A DNA stretch of 64,000 nucleotides from Octopus sinensis (Eukaryota). This document shows positions 12,981 through 28,078 of this stretch, piece by piece. Every line of letters starts with the position of its first letter. Within the stretch, counting starts at the first letter, position 1. The notes under the pieces are model-generated. The model was not told where the DNA came from. It saw nothing but the letters and a program-made list of their open reading frames with translations, and made no database searches. Made by a program: the position numbers and the translations under genes. The stretch covers positions 68,696,001 through 68,760,000 of the forward strand of contig NC_043009.1 in the NCBI RefSeq assembly GCF_006345805.1, given 5' to 3'.

Positions 12981-14784
12981 TGGCATCATTTAGACAAATT
13001 TCCTCTACTTTAGACAAGTTCATCTCTACATTATTTTTCACATCAGTCTTCACTGCTTACTTCTATCTCGTGCAACATTTTGTTCAGCCAACTTACATTA
13101 TTTATGCCAGTGCCATAACTAAAACTCAGTTTTAAACTCCCAATCTGTAACAATTTCCTCAAATTAATTACCCTCAACTGATCAAGTTCATGCCGTACAT
13201 ACAACAAATGCTTATCTGCTGATCTACCATTAGAGCCCATACACACCCCATGACCTATGCATGCATCACTGCCTACCTAAAGCACTTCCTATGCAAGAAA
13301 TCAATGTAGGAGGTTTCAACCTCAAATTTGAAACTGCAACTCATTTTAGCTTAAGAAATTTTTGATAAACAACTAAACTCTTCAGACTGATGATGTCAGC
13401 AAGAAACGAATGGCAAATTTCCTTAGAGTAAACATTAAAATTGGTGGATGTTAGCAAAAGATTGACCATTTAGGATACACAAAAGTATTTGATATCTAAT
13501 CAGTGCTATTGATGGAAACCACTCAACCCTAATACACAGTATTTTTCCAGCATATACACCAATGTAGAATACAGTATAAACATCCATACACTGTCACTAT
13601 CTTTCTAAATCCTTTCACATGGAAATTTTAGTCCTCCAAAGTCACCTTGGTGTATAATTCAGTTTTCGGCTGTAAATATTGGTTTAAAAAATTTGACTTA
13701 TTTGCCAGGAAATAGAAGACAAAGACATTGAGTCTACAAAAGAACGGTGAACCGAAAAAGCTAATAGTAGAAGAGGGGTGGGGCATCGTGTTGGCCGGCA
13801 ATCAGTCGTTGGACTGGACAGTCTTGTCAACATGAGATTCTGCAACACAAAGGTCTGAGTTGATACTAATTCAAAAGCTACACTATCACAGATGACACCA
13901 TTCTCTATATCTCTTTCATGTTCACATAACTGCAGAACCAGTCCACAACCACATCACAGTACAAAAAGAACTTTCTTTCACTCTTCTATAGTTTCCTATC
14001 AAACTGTCATGTCCAATTCAATCTTTTGATAGTAAAAATATGATTAATCAAAAACTTCAACTCCACTCAATGCTCGTCCAACATTCAACTTTCCGTCCAT
14101 CTTATTGCTAAATTGATAACCATTCATGTTTATTCTTACAAAGCTTTATAGAAATTGTTTTTATAATAAAAGTATTAAGGTGTTGGACAACAAAATGTCT
14201 TCGGTGTTTCTTATCATCCTTCCTGGACTAAAAGTCTAAAAAGTATTATTACCAATTCTTAGTTGAATAACTAAGAATGGTTTCAAACTTTGGTAGAAAG
14301 TCAACGATTTCTGGGGAAGGAAATAGATGATTACATCGAGCCCTGTGCTCAACTGATATCTTATTGACCATGAAAGGATAAAGGCAAATACAACCTTAGT
14401 AGTATTTGAACTCGGAAATGTAAAGAGTCGAAAGAAAAGCCACTAAGCATTTTGTATGACATGCTGACAACGCTGCCAGATCACCACATTAGTTGAGTAA
14501 TTAATAATGCCAACGGACATCTAAAATACATTCTCTAGAGTTTCAAAAAAATATAAAAACTGATATAAATTTCCTAAGCTGTAATCATTTTTAATAAATT
14601 CAAAGCTATAAACCAGAATCTCAGCTGTTTTAAGCCTAAACAAAATTGTGGAAATAAGTCTTGCCTTTTCTGTTTTTTAACTGCTTATTCAGTGGCCATG
14701 ACTCTTTTGTAGAGGGTTGGGGTATCCTAAGAACTACTGGGAGTAAAAGGAGAGAGAAACCTTGAGTCGTGAGTTATCTAATAT

Positions 14785-14990
14785 TCTTTTCTACTCTACG
14801 GACTGAAATTTTTAGGGAGGGGGCCAGTTGATTAGATCGACCCAAGTACATAGCTGGCACTTAATTTATCGACCCCGAAAGGGTGAAAGGCAAAGTCAAC
14901 CTCGGCAGAATTTGAACTCAGAACGTAAAGACAGACGAAATACCGATAAGCATTTCACCCGGCGTGCTAACGTTTCTGCCAGCTCACTGC
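14785..14990 (-). mobile_element. SINE S2 copy
   Basis: Reverse complement of the S2 head and body. A more decayed copy lies at about 14290-14490. Confidence 0.85.
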
Positions 14991-15599
14991 TTTATCTAAT
15001 ATTACATAGGAGATACAGTCCCAACAGGCATCCAAAGGCCAGGTTAGGGTGTTAAGCCAAGCAACAGATTAAGTCTGCCTCCTAAGAACAAATACAGTCA
15101 ATCTAACACATATTAAAGATAATGACTCTTGAGACCAAGATAAAATAACCACTTTAGTATAAACACACCATAACAATGAGTAATGCATGCTGTACAATAC
15201 GAAAACAAACTTAAAGTCAATAACAATCGTTATCAACCAGTCAATGTTTATTGAAGTTGTATTGTACAAGTGTCATAAATACAGTAAACAGTTTGTTGTT
15301 TTGTAACCAGGGGTGTGTGTTAATGGATGATTACTGCTACTGCCTTTCAAGTGCAGGAAAAGATCTGGTGTTCATGCTTTTTTTGCAGACTATCTTGTAA
15401 TGTAAGTGAAAGGAAATAACTACAAACAAAGGCATGAGTATGGTTGTGTAGTTCAAAACGTTTTCTCTGCAAACACTTTGTTTTTCAAATTTATCCCATT
15501 GTGTGACACGCCTTGGACAAGTGTCTTGTACTAACGCCTAGAATTGATGAATACTTGGGAGTAAAATATTGGTAACCTGAAACATGCAGAAGCTTATTA

Positions 15600-15726
15600 C
15601 ATGCATGCGTATATGTGTGTGCGTGTGTGCATGCGTATATGTGTGTGCGTGTGTGCATGCGTATATGTGTGTGCGTGTGTGCATGCGTATATGTGTGTGC
15701 GTGTGTGCATGCGTATATGTGTGTGC
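15600..15726. repeat. 26-bp tandem repeat TGCATGCGTATATGTGTGTGCGTGTG
   Basis: About 4.5 near-perfect units. Confidence 0.9.
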
Positions 15727-16464
15727 AATTTGGTTTATTTTTTAAGATGTCTGATTAATTTCCAAATTCATAAGTAAAATGATTTTTCTTTTTATGGCTT
15801 AATCAGAGAATGAAGCACAGTATCAATGACCTTTTCCAAGGCCTCCAACTTTACTTAGATATGTAGACTTTGTGCAGATACTTGGAGTGCAATACAGGTG
15901 ATGTCTACTAACAGGCATCCAATGTAGAGGAGGTGGAGTTGAATTGCATGAAAGATGAAGTCTGCCCCACAAGAACAGATAAAGTCAATCCAACACTCTT
16001 CTTCACAGCTTTCCATCAACCCAATTTCATTGACAAAGTTTGGGTTAACCAAGTGGACGACCAAGTGGTTCAAGCTGCAGCACAACAGGTTCAAACTGCC
16101 CACATCACAAACTACTTCACTAAATACAAACATAAAATACTTCACACTCCTCATTGAATATACTGTTACTTCTGTGCATGCATCTGTCTTACAGAACAGG
16201 ACACTGAGATCCAGTAAAACTTAAAGATACTAGAATTGAAAGCATGAGAAAATTCAAGGAATCTGGACATATTGTGGGAGAGGGTTAAGGAGAAACTGAT
16301 GAAGTATATGGCCCGTATTTAATTTCAGTCAATGTCCAAAGACTCAATAGTTTGATGCTAAGCAAGTGTCATCTTCAATTTGAAAATCCAGACAGACCAA
16401 AAATCTTTAAAAAACACCAAGCTTTCAGGTTTATAAGAGTGAGGTTGATATTCAGTGATTTTGA

Positions 16465-16689
16465 GGCGAGGTGGCAGAATCGTTAGCATACCGGGCAAAA
16501 TGCTTAGCGGTATTTCATCTGCCACTACGTTCTGAGTTCAAATTCTGCTGAGGTCGACTTTGCCTTTCATCCTTTTGGAGTTGATTACATAAGTACCAGT
16601 TATATACTGGGGCAATATAATCGACCTAATCCCGTTGTCTGTCCTTGTTTGTCCCCCTATGTTTAACCCCTGTGGGCAATAAAGAAATA
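16465..16689 (+). mobile_element. tRNA-derived SINE family S2, with TSD
   Basis: Head GGCGAGGTGGCAGAATCGTTAGC...GAGTTCAAATTC. Flanked by the 18-bp direct repeat GATATTCAGTGATT(T/C)TGA (16447-16464, 16690-16707). Confidence 0.9.
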
Positions 16690-17185
16690 GATATTCAGTG
16701 ATTCTGAGGCTTATGTCAAGTGCATTGATAATATAAGTGAAGTAAGGAGAAATGGCTATGATCAAGAACTGTATCTCTAGGAGTTGAACTATTCTCTACA
16801 GCATTTATGCCTAACAAATTAGATTAAAAAAAAAAGAAACTGGAAGCATTGCTAAATATAAAATCTAACTTCAGTTTTAGAAAATTGTTCTAGTAAAGAT
16901 TTTAAGAATGTTTAAATGTGAACATGTTAACAGGGAACAGCTTTGCTAAGCATGACAGAAGCACAAACGAAACTGGACACAGAGAGTTTACAGTGTCCTT
17001 GACCTTTGAAGTCCCTATCAGACTTATCAGATTGATTCTGTAGATATTCAGCTTGAATATTTTGTAGGTCAATGCCTGAAGGGAAAATATGAATATGGAA
17101 GGATTCCAGAAAGTTGCAGTCTTATAGAGGAGAGGCTGGTTTTCAAAATGTGTTGTCTGAGTGGTGCAACAAGAGCAAAAAGATA

Positions 17186-17581
17186 TACTCTTTTACTCTT
17201 TTACTTGTTTCAGTCATTTGACTGCGGCCATGCTGGAGCACCACTTTTAATCGAGCAACTCGACCCCGGGACTTATTCTTTTGTAAGCCCAGTACTTATT
17301 CTATCGGTCTCTTTTGCCGAACCGCTAAGTAACGGGGACATAAACACACTAGCATCGGTTGTCAAGCAATGCTAGGGGAACAAACACACACGCATATATA
17401 TATATATATACATATATACGACAGGCTTCTTTCAGTTTCCGTCTACCAAATCCACTCACAAGGCTTTGGTCGGCCCGAGGCTATAGCAGAAGACACCTGC
17501 CCAAGGTGCCGTGCAATGGGACTGAACCCGGAACCATGTGGTTGGTAAACAAGCTACTTACCACACAGCCACTCCTGCGCC
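17186..17581 (-). mobile_element. tRNA-derived SINE family S1, full-length young copy
   Basis: Head GGCGCAGGAGTGGCTGTGTGGTAAG...GGTTCAGTCCC, central (TA/TG)n, 3' GACTGAAACAAGTAAAAGAGTAAAAGAGTA tail. Many homologous copies in the window. Confidence 0.9.
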
Positions 17582-19010
17582 TATGCAGCTAACTATTTCA
17601 TAAAAGAGTGCCTGTGTCATCATGACAGTAAAAGAGTTAAACAAAAACTGCATAACTTGTAAGCCAATGAAATAAGTAAAACAAGCGGCTGAGTGAATTA
17701 TTACCAATAATTCAAATGACCTTCTTTTGGGTGTGGCCTACGATGTCTGTCTACATGTGTAGCAGTAACAGCATTTAGTACTTGTGAGCAGCACTGTAAA
17801 ATGGGTCCTACTTGATCATAGATAAGTAAATATAGTATTAGGTTTCTGGTTGATGAACTGAAAATTCAGTTTCTACTATATTTAGTCATAGTCTTTTGTC
17901 CTTGGAAATCAGTGATAGAAGTACTACCATGCTCATTTCAGAACCAGAGAATAAATAAGAAGAGAATAGAATAAGAGAAACTGGCAACTGGGCAACCCAT
18001 GGTTTCCATAACAACATATTTAGGTTCGAAGTTAAAACAGAGCATCACATTAAACTCTTGTCTCTTTCAACAAATCGCTGCTATAAATTCTTTCTCTTTC
18101 TCACTCATACTCACAATATTAGAAATAAATTTTCGGTAAAATTTATTTTATAGTAAATCAATGTCAGTATTAGAAGGAAAAAAAATTCCAATGATGGTAA
18201 TGAAATATTGATCGTTTTGACAAAGAACAATAAAGTTTTGTAAGCGAAAGGTAAGTAAATCAGACAATACATTACTGGTACTAATTCTGTCTTATCTGAG
18301 GGATAAAATTGGTAACTGTTCCCAGCAGTTTAAAATTCAGAAAAGCAAAGTATATCAAGCTGGTGATAAAGTCTCTCTGTGGTTACTTGACCTATCAGAA
18401 TTAAGAGGTAAAGGTTCCTCAAATAAGGCTCTTATACTTTTTTTAATATCTTTTTTTACTAGCTATGTCTGGAGGAAGGGGCAGTAACCATGGCCTTCCC
18501 AGACCCTCCTAGACCAGTGCTATTGATACTGTTAATGTTCCTCTGGAACCTTTGTGAGTCAAAATGTGCAGGAAAGACATGAGCGGAGGGGGGGGGGGTT
18601 CCAGAGGACTGTGCCTAATGATTAGTGCAGGACCTAGGGGTTTGAATGTCACAAGGGTTAACTGAGAGGAGACAAAGTGAGTGTGACTGAAATGTTTGTG
18701 TGGAGGTGACATGAGCCCAACCAGCCCCAAGGAACAGATTTTTATAGTAGCACCAGAAAAGGCAGAAAAAGGAAACGGGCACACTTGTGGGGGGGTCAAG
18801 GACAAGAACATATCTGTGAGTGACTTTATGCCAATCAGTTAGTTGAGCGGCCCTTTTCTGTAGGCAGCATCATCACCGTCTACATGTGAAAGCAATAGAT
18901 TTCTTATGAGCCTCTATGTTGCAAAAAGAAAAAAAATATGAGATGTTTATAGCTTGAGTATCTCTGATCATACTACTGCTCATTCAAGGCTAACCTGGGG
19001 TTAAACAACA

Positions 19011-19050
19011 GAATTACACTTTGATCTTAGCCAAAAGGCTGAGAAGTGAT
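19011..19050 (-). pseudogene. U2 snRNA 5' fragment (retrocopy)
   Basis: Minus strand ATCACTTCTCAGCCTTTTGGCTAAGATCAAAGTGTA matches U2 nt 1-36 (ATCGCTTCTCGGCCTTTTGGCTAAGATCAAAGTGTA) except for two CpG transitions. Flanked by AAACAACA at 19003-19010 and 19051-19058. Confidence 0.85.
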
Positions 19051-19742
19051 AAACAACATCAAAATTAGATAGTACAAAGATTTTAGTCAGGCATGTTATT
19101 GTCCTAATCAACACAACTGTTTTGATGTATTTAATGAAATTTTGAGTAATATTCTGTTCTGAAAATCAATGCATATCATTAATATTTAAATTTTAAAATG
19201 CAAAGATATTTTCATCAAATAGCAGTCAGAGAACTGAAAAAAAAAATCTATCAAATTAAATGAATTGCTAAATTATTTTGATACAGTGGAGAAGTGCAGA
19301 GGTCAGATAAATCAAGGTTAATCATGGCATTATTATTTTTCCGGGGATTATATTCATTTCTTCAGGTGTTAATTAGTAAGTAAAAGGTAAAAAGTTCATA
19401 TAAATGTCTTATTGAATTAATAACTAATTCTGCAGCCTAAGGTTTGATATTTATCATACCCATTGTTATTATCCAAACATATGCAGTCTGTATAAATAAT
19501 AGATGAATATATCATCATCATCATCATCGTTTTACATCTACTCTTCCATGATTGCAGGAGTCAAAGCTTCTCTGAAGCAGAATTTTCTATGGTCAGACGT
19601 CCCTCTTGTCACCAACCCTCACCTGTTTCCAAGCAAGATAATATTTTCCCAAGCGAACGTTAAATGACAATGATGATGATGATGATATATATATATATAT
19701 ATATGTATATATCATCATCATCATCATCATCATCGTTTATAT

Positions 19743-20149
19743 TTATCTTTATCTTTATCTTTTACTTGTTTCAGTCATTTGACTGCGGCCATGCTGGAGC
19801 ACCGCCTTTAGTCGAGCAAATCGACCCCGGGACTTATTCTTTGTAAGCCCAGTACTTATTCTATCGGTCTCTTTTGCCGAACCGCTAAGTGACGGGGACG
19901 TAAACACACCAGCATCGGTTGTCAAGCAATGCTAGGGGGACAAACACACAAACACACACACAGACACATATATATATACATATATACGACAGGCTTCTTT
20001 CAGTTTCCGTCTACCAAATCCACTCACAAGGCATTGGTCGGCCCGGGGCTATAGCAGAAGACACTTGCCCAAGATGCCACGCAGTGGGACTGAACCCGGA
20101 GCCATGTGGTTGGTTAGCAAGCTACTTACCACACAGCCACTCCTGCGCC
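19743..20149 (-). mobile_element. SINE S1 full-length copy
   Basis: Near-identical to 17186-17581. Confidence 0.9.
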
Positions 20150-20212
<63 letters not shown>

Positions 20213-21254
20213 GAATTTTCTAAACTTTATACTATTAGCCTAATTGAGTTAACTATTTTCATAACAACACAAATTATATTGCCGAAAACTCTTCACAACA
20301 CTTTTTCCACTGATAAAATTCTGTGCCCCACTCATCAGGGCAGGTTTGAGAAGGCCATGCCTTGCTGATAAGGTCTAACAAGGCCAAAATACAATTGTAG
20401 CTGTCACTTTGTTCACCAACAAATTTTACATTTTACTTCTAAAGCATGAAAATTTGATTTTTTATTTTCTATCTCCAATTAAATGGCAAATCTCAATTCA
20501 TTAAAAAGTTTTTGCATACATCATTCAATATATCAACATCTAACCACATTATCAATTGAAAGATTCTTTTTAAATTGCATTCTGCTTAATTAACTGTCTT
20601 TGCTATAAATCTGTAGATTTAGACTTAATTATCCAATTAGTTTGTGCTCTTACTATTTCTTATTGTGTAACATCAAACGGAAGCCATGGCAAAGTCACAC
20701 AGATATTGTTAAACCCAAGGCAGACCTGATGGCACAGACATAAAGTTGTTCCACCATAACCACCAAGTTCTAGATATCACTTTTCGGTATAGTGTATCTT
20801 GGACAACATTAAGATGCTTGTTTCATGACAAAAAAAGAGATCAAACAAAAAAAAACATTAATGGTAGACTTTAATGGAAAGTTAAGAATTACTGGCTGAC
20901 ATTTCATAGTAAAGTTAAAAGAAAATCAATAAGATATGTGCGTGTCTTTGTCCACCCACCTCCACTGCAATTAGGCAACCGATGTTGGTTTGATTACATC
21001 CTCATAATTTAACATTTGGAAAAAGGACCAGTAGGAAAAGTACCAAACTTTAAAAAAATAAGTACTGGAGTTAATTTACTCAACTAAACTTTTCAAGGCA
21101 TTGCTCCAGCATTGGCCACAGTCCAATGACTGAAACCAGCAAAAGATAAAAGCAGACGAATGCTTATTAATCATATTTATCTTTAATAAAATTACTTAAA
21201 CTATGCTTTTCAAGACACTCAAGAATTAGTATGAATTTTCTTAAGCCTTAAATA

Positions 21255-21545
21255 ATCATCATCATCGTTTAACGTCCGTTTTCCGTGCTGGCATGGGTCG
21301 GATGGTTCGACCGGGGTCTGGGAAGCCAGGAGGCTGCACCAGGCTCCAGTCTGATCTGGCAGAGCTTCTACAGCTGGATGCCCTTCCTAATGCCAACCAC
21401 TCTGTGAGTGTAGTGGGTGCCAGGCGAGGCTGGCAACGGCCACGATCGGGTGGTGCTTTTTACATGCCACTGGCACGGAAGCCAGTCAAGGCAGCGCTGG
21501 CATCAACCACGTTTGGATGGTGCTTTTTACGTGCAACTGGCACAG
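21255..21545 (-). mobile_element. SINE S3 copy
   Basis: (CAT)n CGTTTAACGTCCG...CTACAGCTGGATGCCCTTCC. Confidence 0.85.
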
Positions 21546-22579
21546 GGATCACAACTACAATTTCCATTGAATTTTGATGTGGATATACTTGACTCAATAG
21601 GTCTCCTCAAATAATACTTTCAAAAATTTCACAATACATTAAGCCACCATGGTATACTACATGAGAACCACTGTGGTAAGGTGCAATTTGGGAGACATTT
21701 AGCTGCTATATCTTGTAGGCTGTGCAGCCACTATAAGCTCCCTCAGTGGATTGTATATGCAAGCAGTAGTTGTTTAGGCCCAGGTCAGCTCTCATAAAAC
21801 AAACTATCAGAGAAAAACCATTCCAGCTGTGACCATCTTATTTTCTCAAACACAATGTGTCTAGGATTTCCTTATCCAGTATGTCATTCCTTTTAAAACA
21901 GATATTTAGCTGCTACTTATAGCAGGTTGAGAAACCACATACGGGCTCTCTCATTGACACATCTGTGCAGATAGTGAAATCTGTCGGTGTACAATAAATA
22001 ACAGTATCTTGAGTTAACAATAACATCCGACATGGGATTTGAAATTGTATTGGTGCAACTAATATTGTGAACAACCAAAGAATGAAGACCAAGATCTTTA
22101 TGGCCTGGCTCATGAAATTTATGTGCAGGTGACTGGGCATTCCACAGACACGCGTACCCTTAACGCAATCCTCAAGGAGATTCATCGTGACATAGAATGT
22201 GACAAGGCTGGCCCTTTGGTTTATAGATACAGCTCATTTTTGCCAGCTGAGTGAACTGGAGCAATGAGAAATAAAGGGTCTGGCTCAAGGTCACAACACA
22301 CCACTGGGGATCAAACTTACAACCTCACAATCAAGAGCCAAATACCCTCACCACTAAACCACGTGCCTTCTCCTCCCAAATTTTTCAAGAAGCAGGTCAC
22401 ATGAGACATCATCAGGCTGGCTTCACTATTAAAAAAATTCAAGGTTATTTTTCCCTGGCAATCCATTCAGAAAGTCACTCTAGCAGCCTGTAGGCTGCAG
22501 GTCATAGTTTGCTCATCACTGATCTGTATGCTATAAGGGTTCAAGAGATGACCTATCTAATGTTAGGAATGGGGATAAT

Positions 22580-22790
22580 GATGGTTTCGATTTTTGCCAC
22601 AAGGGCAGCAATTTTGGGGGAGTGGATGAGTCAATTACATCAACCCCTGTGTTTCACTGGCACTTAATTTATCAAACCAGAAAGGATGAAAGGCAAAGTT
22701 AACTTTGGCAGAATTTGAACTCAGAATGTAGTGACAGGCAAAATCCCGCCAAGCATTTCATCCAGCAGGCTCTAACGATTCTGTCAGCTC
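22580..22790 (-). mobile_element. SINE S2 copy
   Basis: GAAAGGCAAAGTTAACTTTGGCAGAATTTGAACTCAGAA...CTGTCAGCTCACC. Confidence 0.8.
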
Positions 22791-24724
22791 ACCAGGAATC
22801 GAGATAATAATGACAACACAACTGAAGTGAAACATAGATGCAAAAAGAATTTTTTTTTAACTGAAAGAAGTGCTAAGCTGCTTATTACAAAAGGATTCTC
22901 TCTTCTCATTTACAAAAGGATTCTCTCTTCTCATTAACACCGAATGCAATATAAGCAGCAAAGCCATGCAGCAACAGGAAATTATAAGGCTGACCAGCTA
23001 TATAGAAAGTTGAACACAAACTGGAAGGTGGAAATTGTAAAAGGATTTTGTAGCCTGGTCACTGTTATTATACATACACAGCAAAGACAGAGTGTGCAAT
23101 TGTGATGACTAAACTAATATTGATGTAAGAATGGTGAAAAAAAGGTAGAACAAGTTAGTGATGGTATATAACAGGAATAAGTTATAGAAACTTGGCTGAA
23201 ATTATTAGACCAGACTTTAGTATGCTATTGTTGACATCCTACCATTATCTGAATGAAAAAAAAACCCAGATATTTATTTAAAGAGGATGATAAAAAGAAT
23301 TTCTTAAGTTTACATATATAGTGCATTGTTTACATTCCTATAACACCATATTGAAGCTATTTCTTCACAGCTTTTCCAACTTTCTTCATTCGCACTCAAT
23401 TCTGTCACTTAGTCAATGGCAGACTTTTAACACTACCATCAAACAGGCTGTCTTTTGTACAAAGAGGGAATCACATCTTTGTGAATACAAGAAAGAATTC
23501 TCACAGCTTCACCTAGCAGCAACAAACTGTGTTATCACTATTCCCCTTTGCCACTACGGCAGACTAAGATCACCTGTGGAAGTTGATTTATCCTGTCAAC
23601 TACAGTAGACAGTCGTCTTTGTTCATGATCTGGCAAGGCTATTGGCTCCATCACCAACTGCATACACCGGGTGCACCGGGAAAACATGACTTCATGAAGT
23701 TTTCAACTGACATTATCAACTAAGACCAGAACCAAATTGATGTTCGGTTTTGCTTTATCATTTTAATTCAACCAGTATAACAAAATTTGAAAAAAAAAAA
23801 TAACTGCAGCAAAACCAATTAATAATTATTAATTAATTTAATTAGTGAACAGACAAAAATACAAAAGCAATGTAATTATGATAATACTTGTCCTCGTACA
23901 TAAAAATATAGCAAATGGTGAACTGTTTGACTAGTTTAGAAGAAAAACAACATTGTTTTAACTGTTAAGCTTTTCAGATTCCAGTGCACCTAGAATGCCT
24001 CCCAGATGTGGTATTTATAACAAAGATGGCAGATGTGTGCAAGTGCTCTGCATGCAAGAGGAGGAATTTTAATGACTTTCTCTCTCTCTCCCTTTCTCAG
24101 AGAACCTACAAAAAGTGGCTTTCCTAACCACACATCAATAGCTGATTGATTGTCCAAATATTTTACAGTATGCTGAAGCAAAACTGATCCAGTTACAATT
24201 AACAAGTCTAACGAGTTTCATAATTTATCACGAGTCAAAAAGGGAGGCAGTGCCCGCTATCGCTTACAGGACCTCTGAGACTTGGAGAAGTGGGGGGGGG
24301 GATTCTCGTGCTCTAACAACTCTGCTGCCTCACAATAAAAATATAAAAGTTTTATATGAGAACTCGTTCTCCATTTTACATTCTAACTTGGATAATTTTC
24401 GAAAATGTGGCCATAGGATTTTAGTTAACTAAGCATTCTTACAATTCTCACACCATTCCATACAAACCATTCAGCTGTATACTTAAACCTGACATCAGAC
24501 ATGTATTAAAGCAAAGAGCACGGGTGTGGTGTACCATGCCCAGAAACACAAATTCAAAAATTCTGGAACCTGTTGGTTACAATGTCTAAACCAACATGGA
24601 CAATCAGCCATTTTGGTTACAAATAAGAAATGATAAAATACAAAAACTTCACCACATTGGTAATACTGAGAAAATAAATATCTTTCACTGGGTTCAGACA
24701 TTAGACAGCGACCAGACTGGGGCA

Positions 24725-25645
<921 letters not shown>

Positions 25646-26244
25646 TATGTATGATTCCAAACGTTATTAGAAGATTCTTAGAACCAAAAGCTGATAAGAA
25701 AGGGTGGATAAAGACGGAGAGTAGAATTAATGAGATCAAAAGTGGTTCATTTATGCAAAACCACTCGTACCAAATATAAAACAAATAGCTTGAACTGAAA
25801 AGATATTAGGAAATAGCTGCAAATGTCATGGAAACAACTTCATAAATCTTGCACAAGCATTAACCACAATGGAGAGGTTACACAGTGCTGTAACTCATTC
25901 ATCAAACGTATTTACATAAAACACTGATACACGAATCTTGAAACACGGTGAATGTATCAATTAGACATTATGCCTTCATGCAATCAAGTGGAAGACCCGA
26001 CACTAATTCCCAGCTCTGTTTCACTTACATTGCTAATGCTCTTCAAAAAACGAACAGGGTTGACCTGCAACTCCCTCAAATGTTTTAGACAGCATGCCTA
26101 CCTACAGCAACGAAGAAGAATTTACTTTGGTGTATTCTAGGAAGTCACGAATATATTACTTTGTAGGAAAATGAACTCTCTGACCCTCCTTTACAAATCA
26201 TGTGAGCCCACAGATGGAAACTGAAAGAAGCCTGTCATATATCT

Positions 26245-26450
26245 TTGTTTCTCTCTACCTATATCTCTCTATCTATCTATCTATCTATCTATATCTATCT
26301 ATATCTAACTATTTAAATCTTTATCTATCTATATCTATATCCATCTATATCTATATATCTATCTATATCTATATATCTATCTATATCTATATATCTATCT
26401 ATCTATCTATCTATCTATATATCTATCTATCTATCTATCTATATCTATCT
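26245..26450. repeat. (TCTA)n/(TATATC)n tract
   Basis: Direct reading. It follows an S1 fragment at about 26205-26245. Confidence 0.9.
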
Positions 26451-27674
26451 CAGGTAATAGATTAACTAATCAAAATTATACTCATTTCTCACCAACATTA
26501 AGTACACTAACTGAACGCATTAGATTAAGAAAGTAACTTCACAACACAATTGCAGGCTAAATAAAGTTGTGCTTATACTGTGCTTTTAGATTGTTACATT
26601 GTGTCTCATTAAACTAGTATCAAGGATTTTAGTAAGAATATATTCAGGAACAGGAACTTTGGCTGCTTTTCAAAGCCTAGTGATGATCTAATGCCTCTAA
26701 CATTGCATCACTGTATAATCCTTCTTATCGGTGAATTGTATCTTCAATTAGTCTTATCAACATTTGGGGTGTAATTAAAGATTTATGCTACAGCTTGGCC
26801 CTTAATAAAAGAAAGTTTAAAGATCAGTTATATTCCACCAGCAAATTTACAAGCACATCGTAAGAAAAATTGTCAGTTTAATTATATGGCAATTAGCACC
26901 TGTCTGATAGGAGAACGAAGCCTGAATGAGGGCAGCATCCAATCCAAGACAAATTTTTTCCCTTCAGTGGTAAAAGTTTTGCAAAGTTAGAGAAAAGCAT
27001 TCGACCAACTTAATGAATCATCAAGAGGAAGAAAAAAACTTACAGACTAAAAAAAAGAAAAATTAACATTAAAATATTCATAATGAAGTAAGACGAGGCT
27101 AGCTTTAATCTTTTTCTTCTTCATCACTTATCATTCTAAATCAACATCTCAAGCAGAATGGGAAGAGAATGTTGGAATATTTGGCTTCAGCTTAAATTCC
27201 TGCAGAAAAATAGTTTGAATTTCATTTTTCATGCAGAGTTAAATGTGACATGATGAAAAATACAGAATCATTTGAAACCAAATCTGTAAATATTTCATAT
27301 GACTTGCCTATTAGATCTATAAAGTACTCGGCTGTCTAGCCAGGTTTCAAGTTGAAGAATGTTATTACTTATATGTAATGGATTACATTTTTAAACGCCT
27401 GTTGAATAACCAACAATAATTCCTTTCAGTATATAGATATTGTAATAAATTCTTTAAATGTCTTGTTTGCGTATGTTTTTACACCTACACAACACTTACA
27501 GAGAAATTTGTATTAGAATATTTCCCACAACAATATTGATTCGTTAACATTTAAACTTGCGACATTATCTTGAATCAATATGAGCATGTATAAATGAAGA
27601 AGAAAAAAAACAGTAATGGGTATAAAGTAATACTGTACGAAGAAAGAAATTTTGTAGTCCCAAAGTAAAAAGGA

Positions 27675-27712
<38 letters not shown>

Positions 27713-27717
27713 CATCT

Positions 27718-28078
27718 TTTTTATTTGTTTCAGTCATTCGACTGTGGCCATGCTGGAGCACTGCCTTAGAGCAAATTGACCCTAGGATATTCTTTGTATG
27801 CCTAGTACTTAATCTATCGGTCTCTTTTGCCGAACCACTATGTTACGGGGACATAAACACACCAGCATCGGTTGTCAAGCGATGTTGGGGGAACAAACAC
27901 AGACACACAAACATACATACACACACAGATATATATATAGATACATACATACATACAATGGGCTTCTTGTTTATTTCCATCTACTAAATCCACTCGCCCA
28001 AGGTACCATGCAGTGGGACTGAACCCAGAGCCATGTGGTTGGTAAGCAAGCTACTTACCACACAGCCATGCCTGCACC
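27718..28078 (-). mobile_element. SINE S1 copy with internal deletion
   Basis: Homologous to 17186-17581. Lacks the ACAAGG...TGCCC segment. Confidence 0.85.

Noticed and set aside
13097-13144. AG/GT-bounded segment encoding IGSLKLSFSYGTGINN
   Set aside because: Phase 0, incompatible with the phase-1 donor, and only superficially similar to BLTP1.
15855-16224. Overlapping ORFs on both strands in unique-looking sequence
   Set aside because: Could be a decayed TE, but no motif was recognised in any frame.
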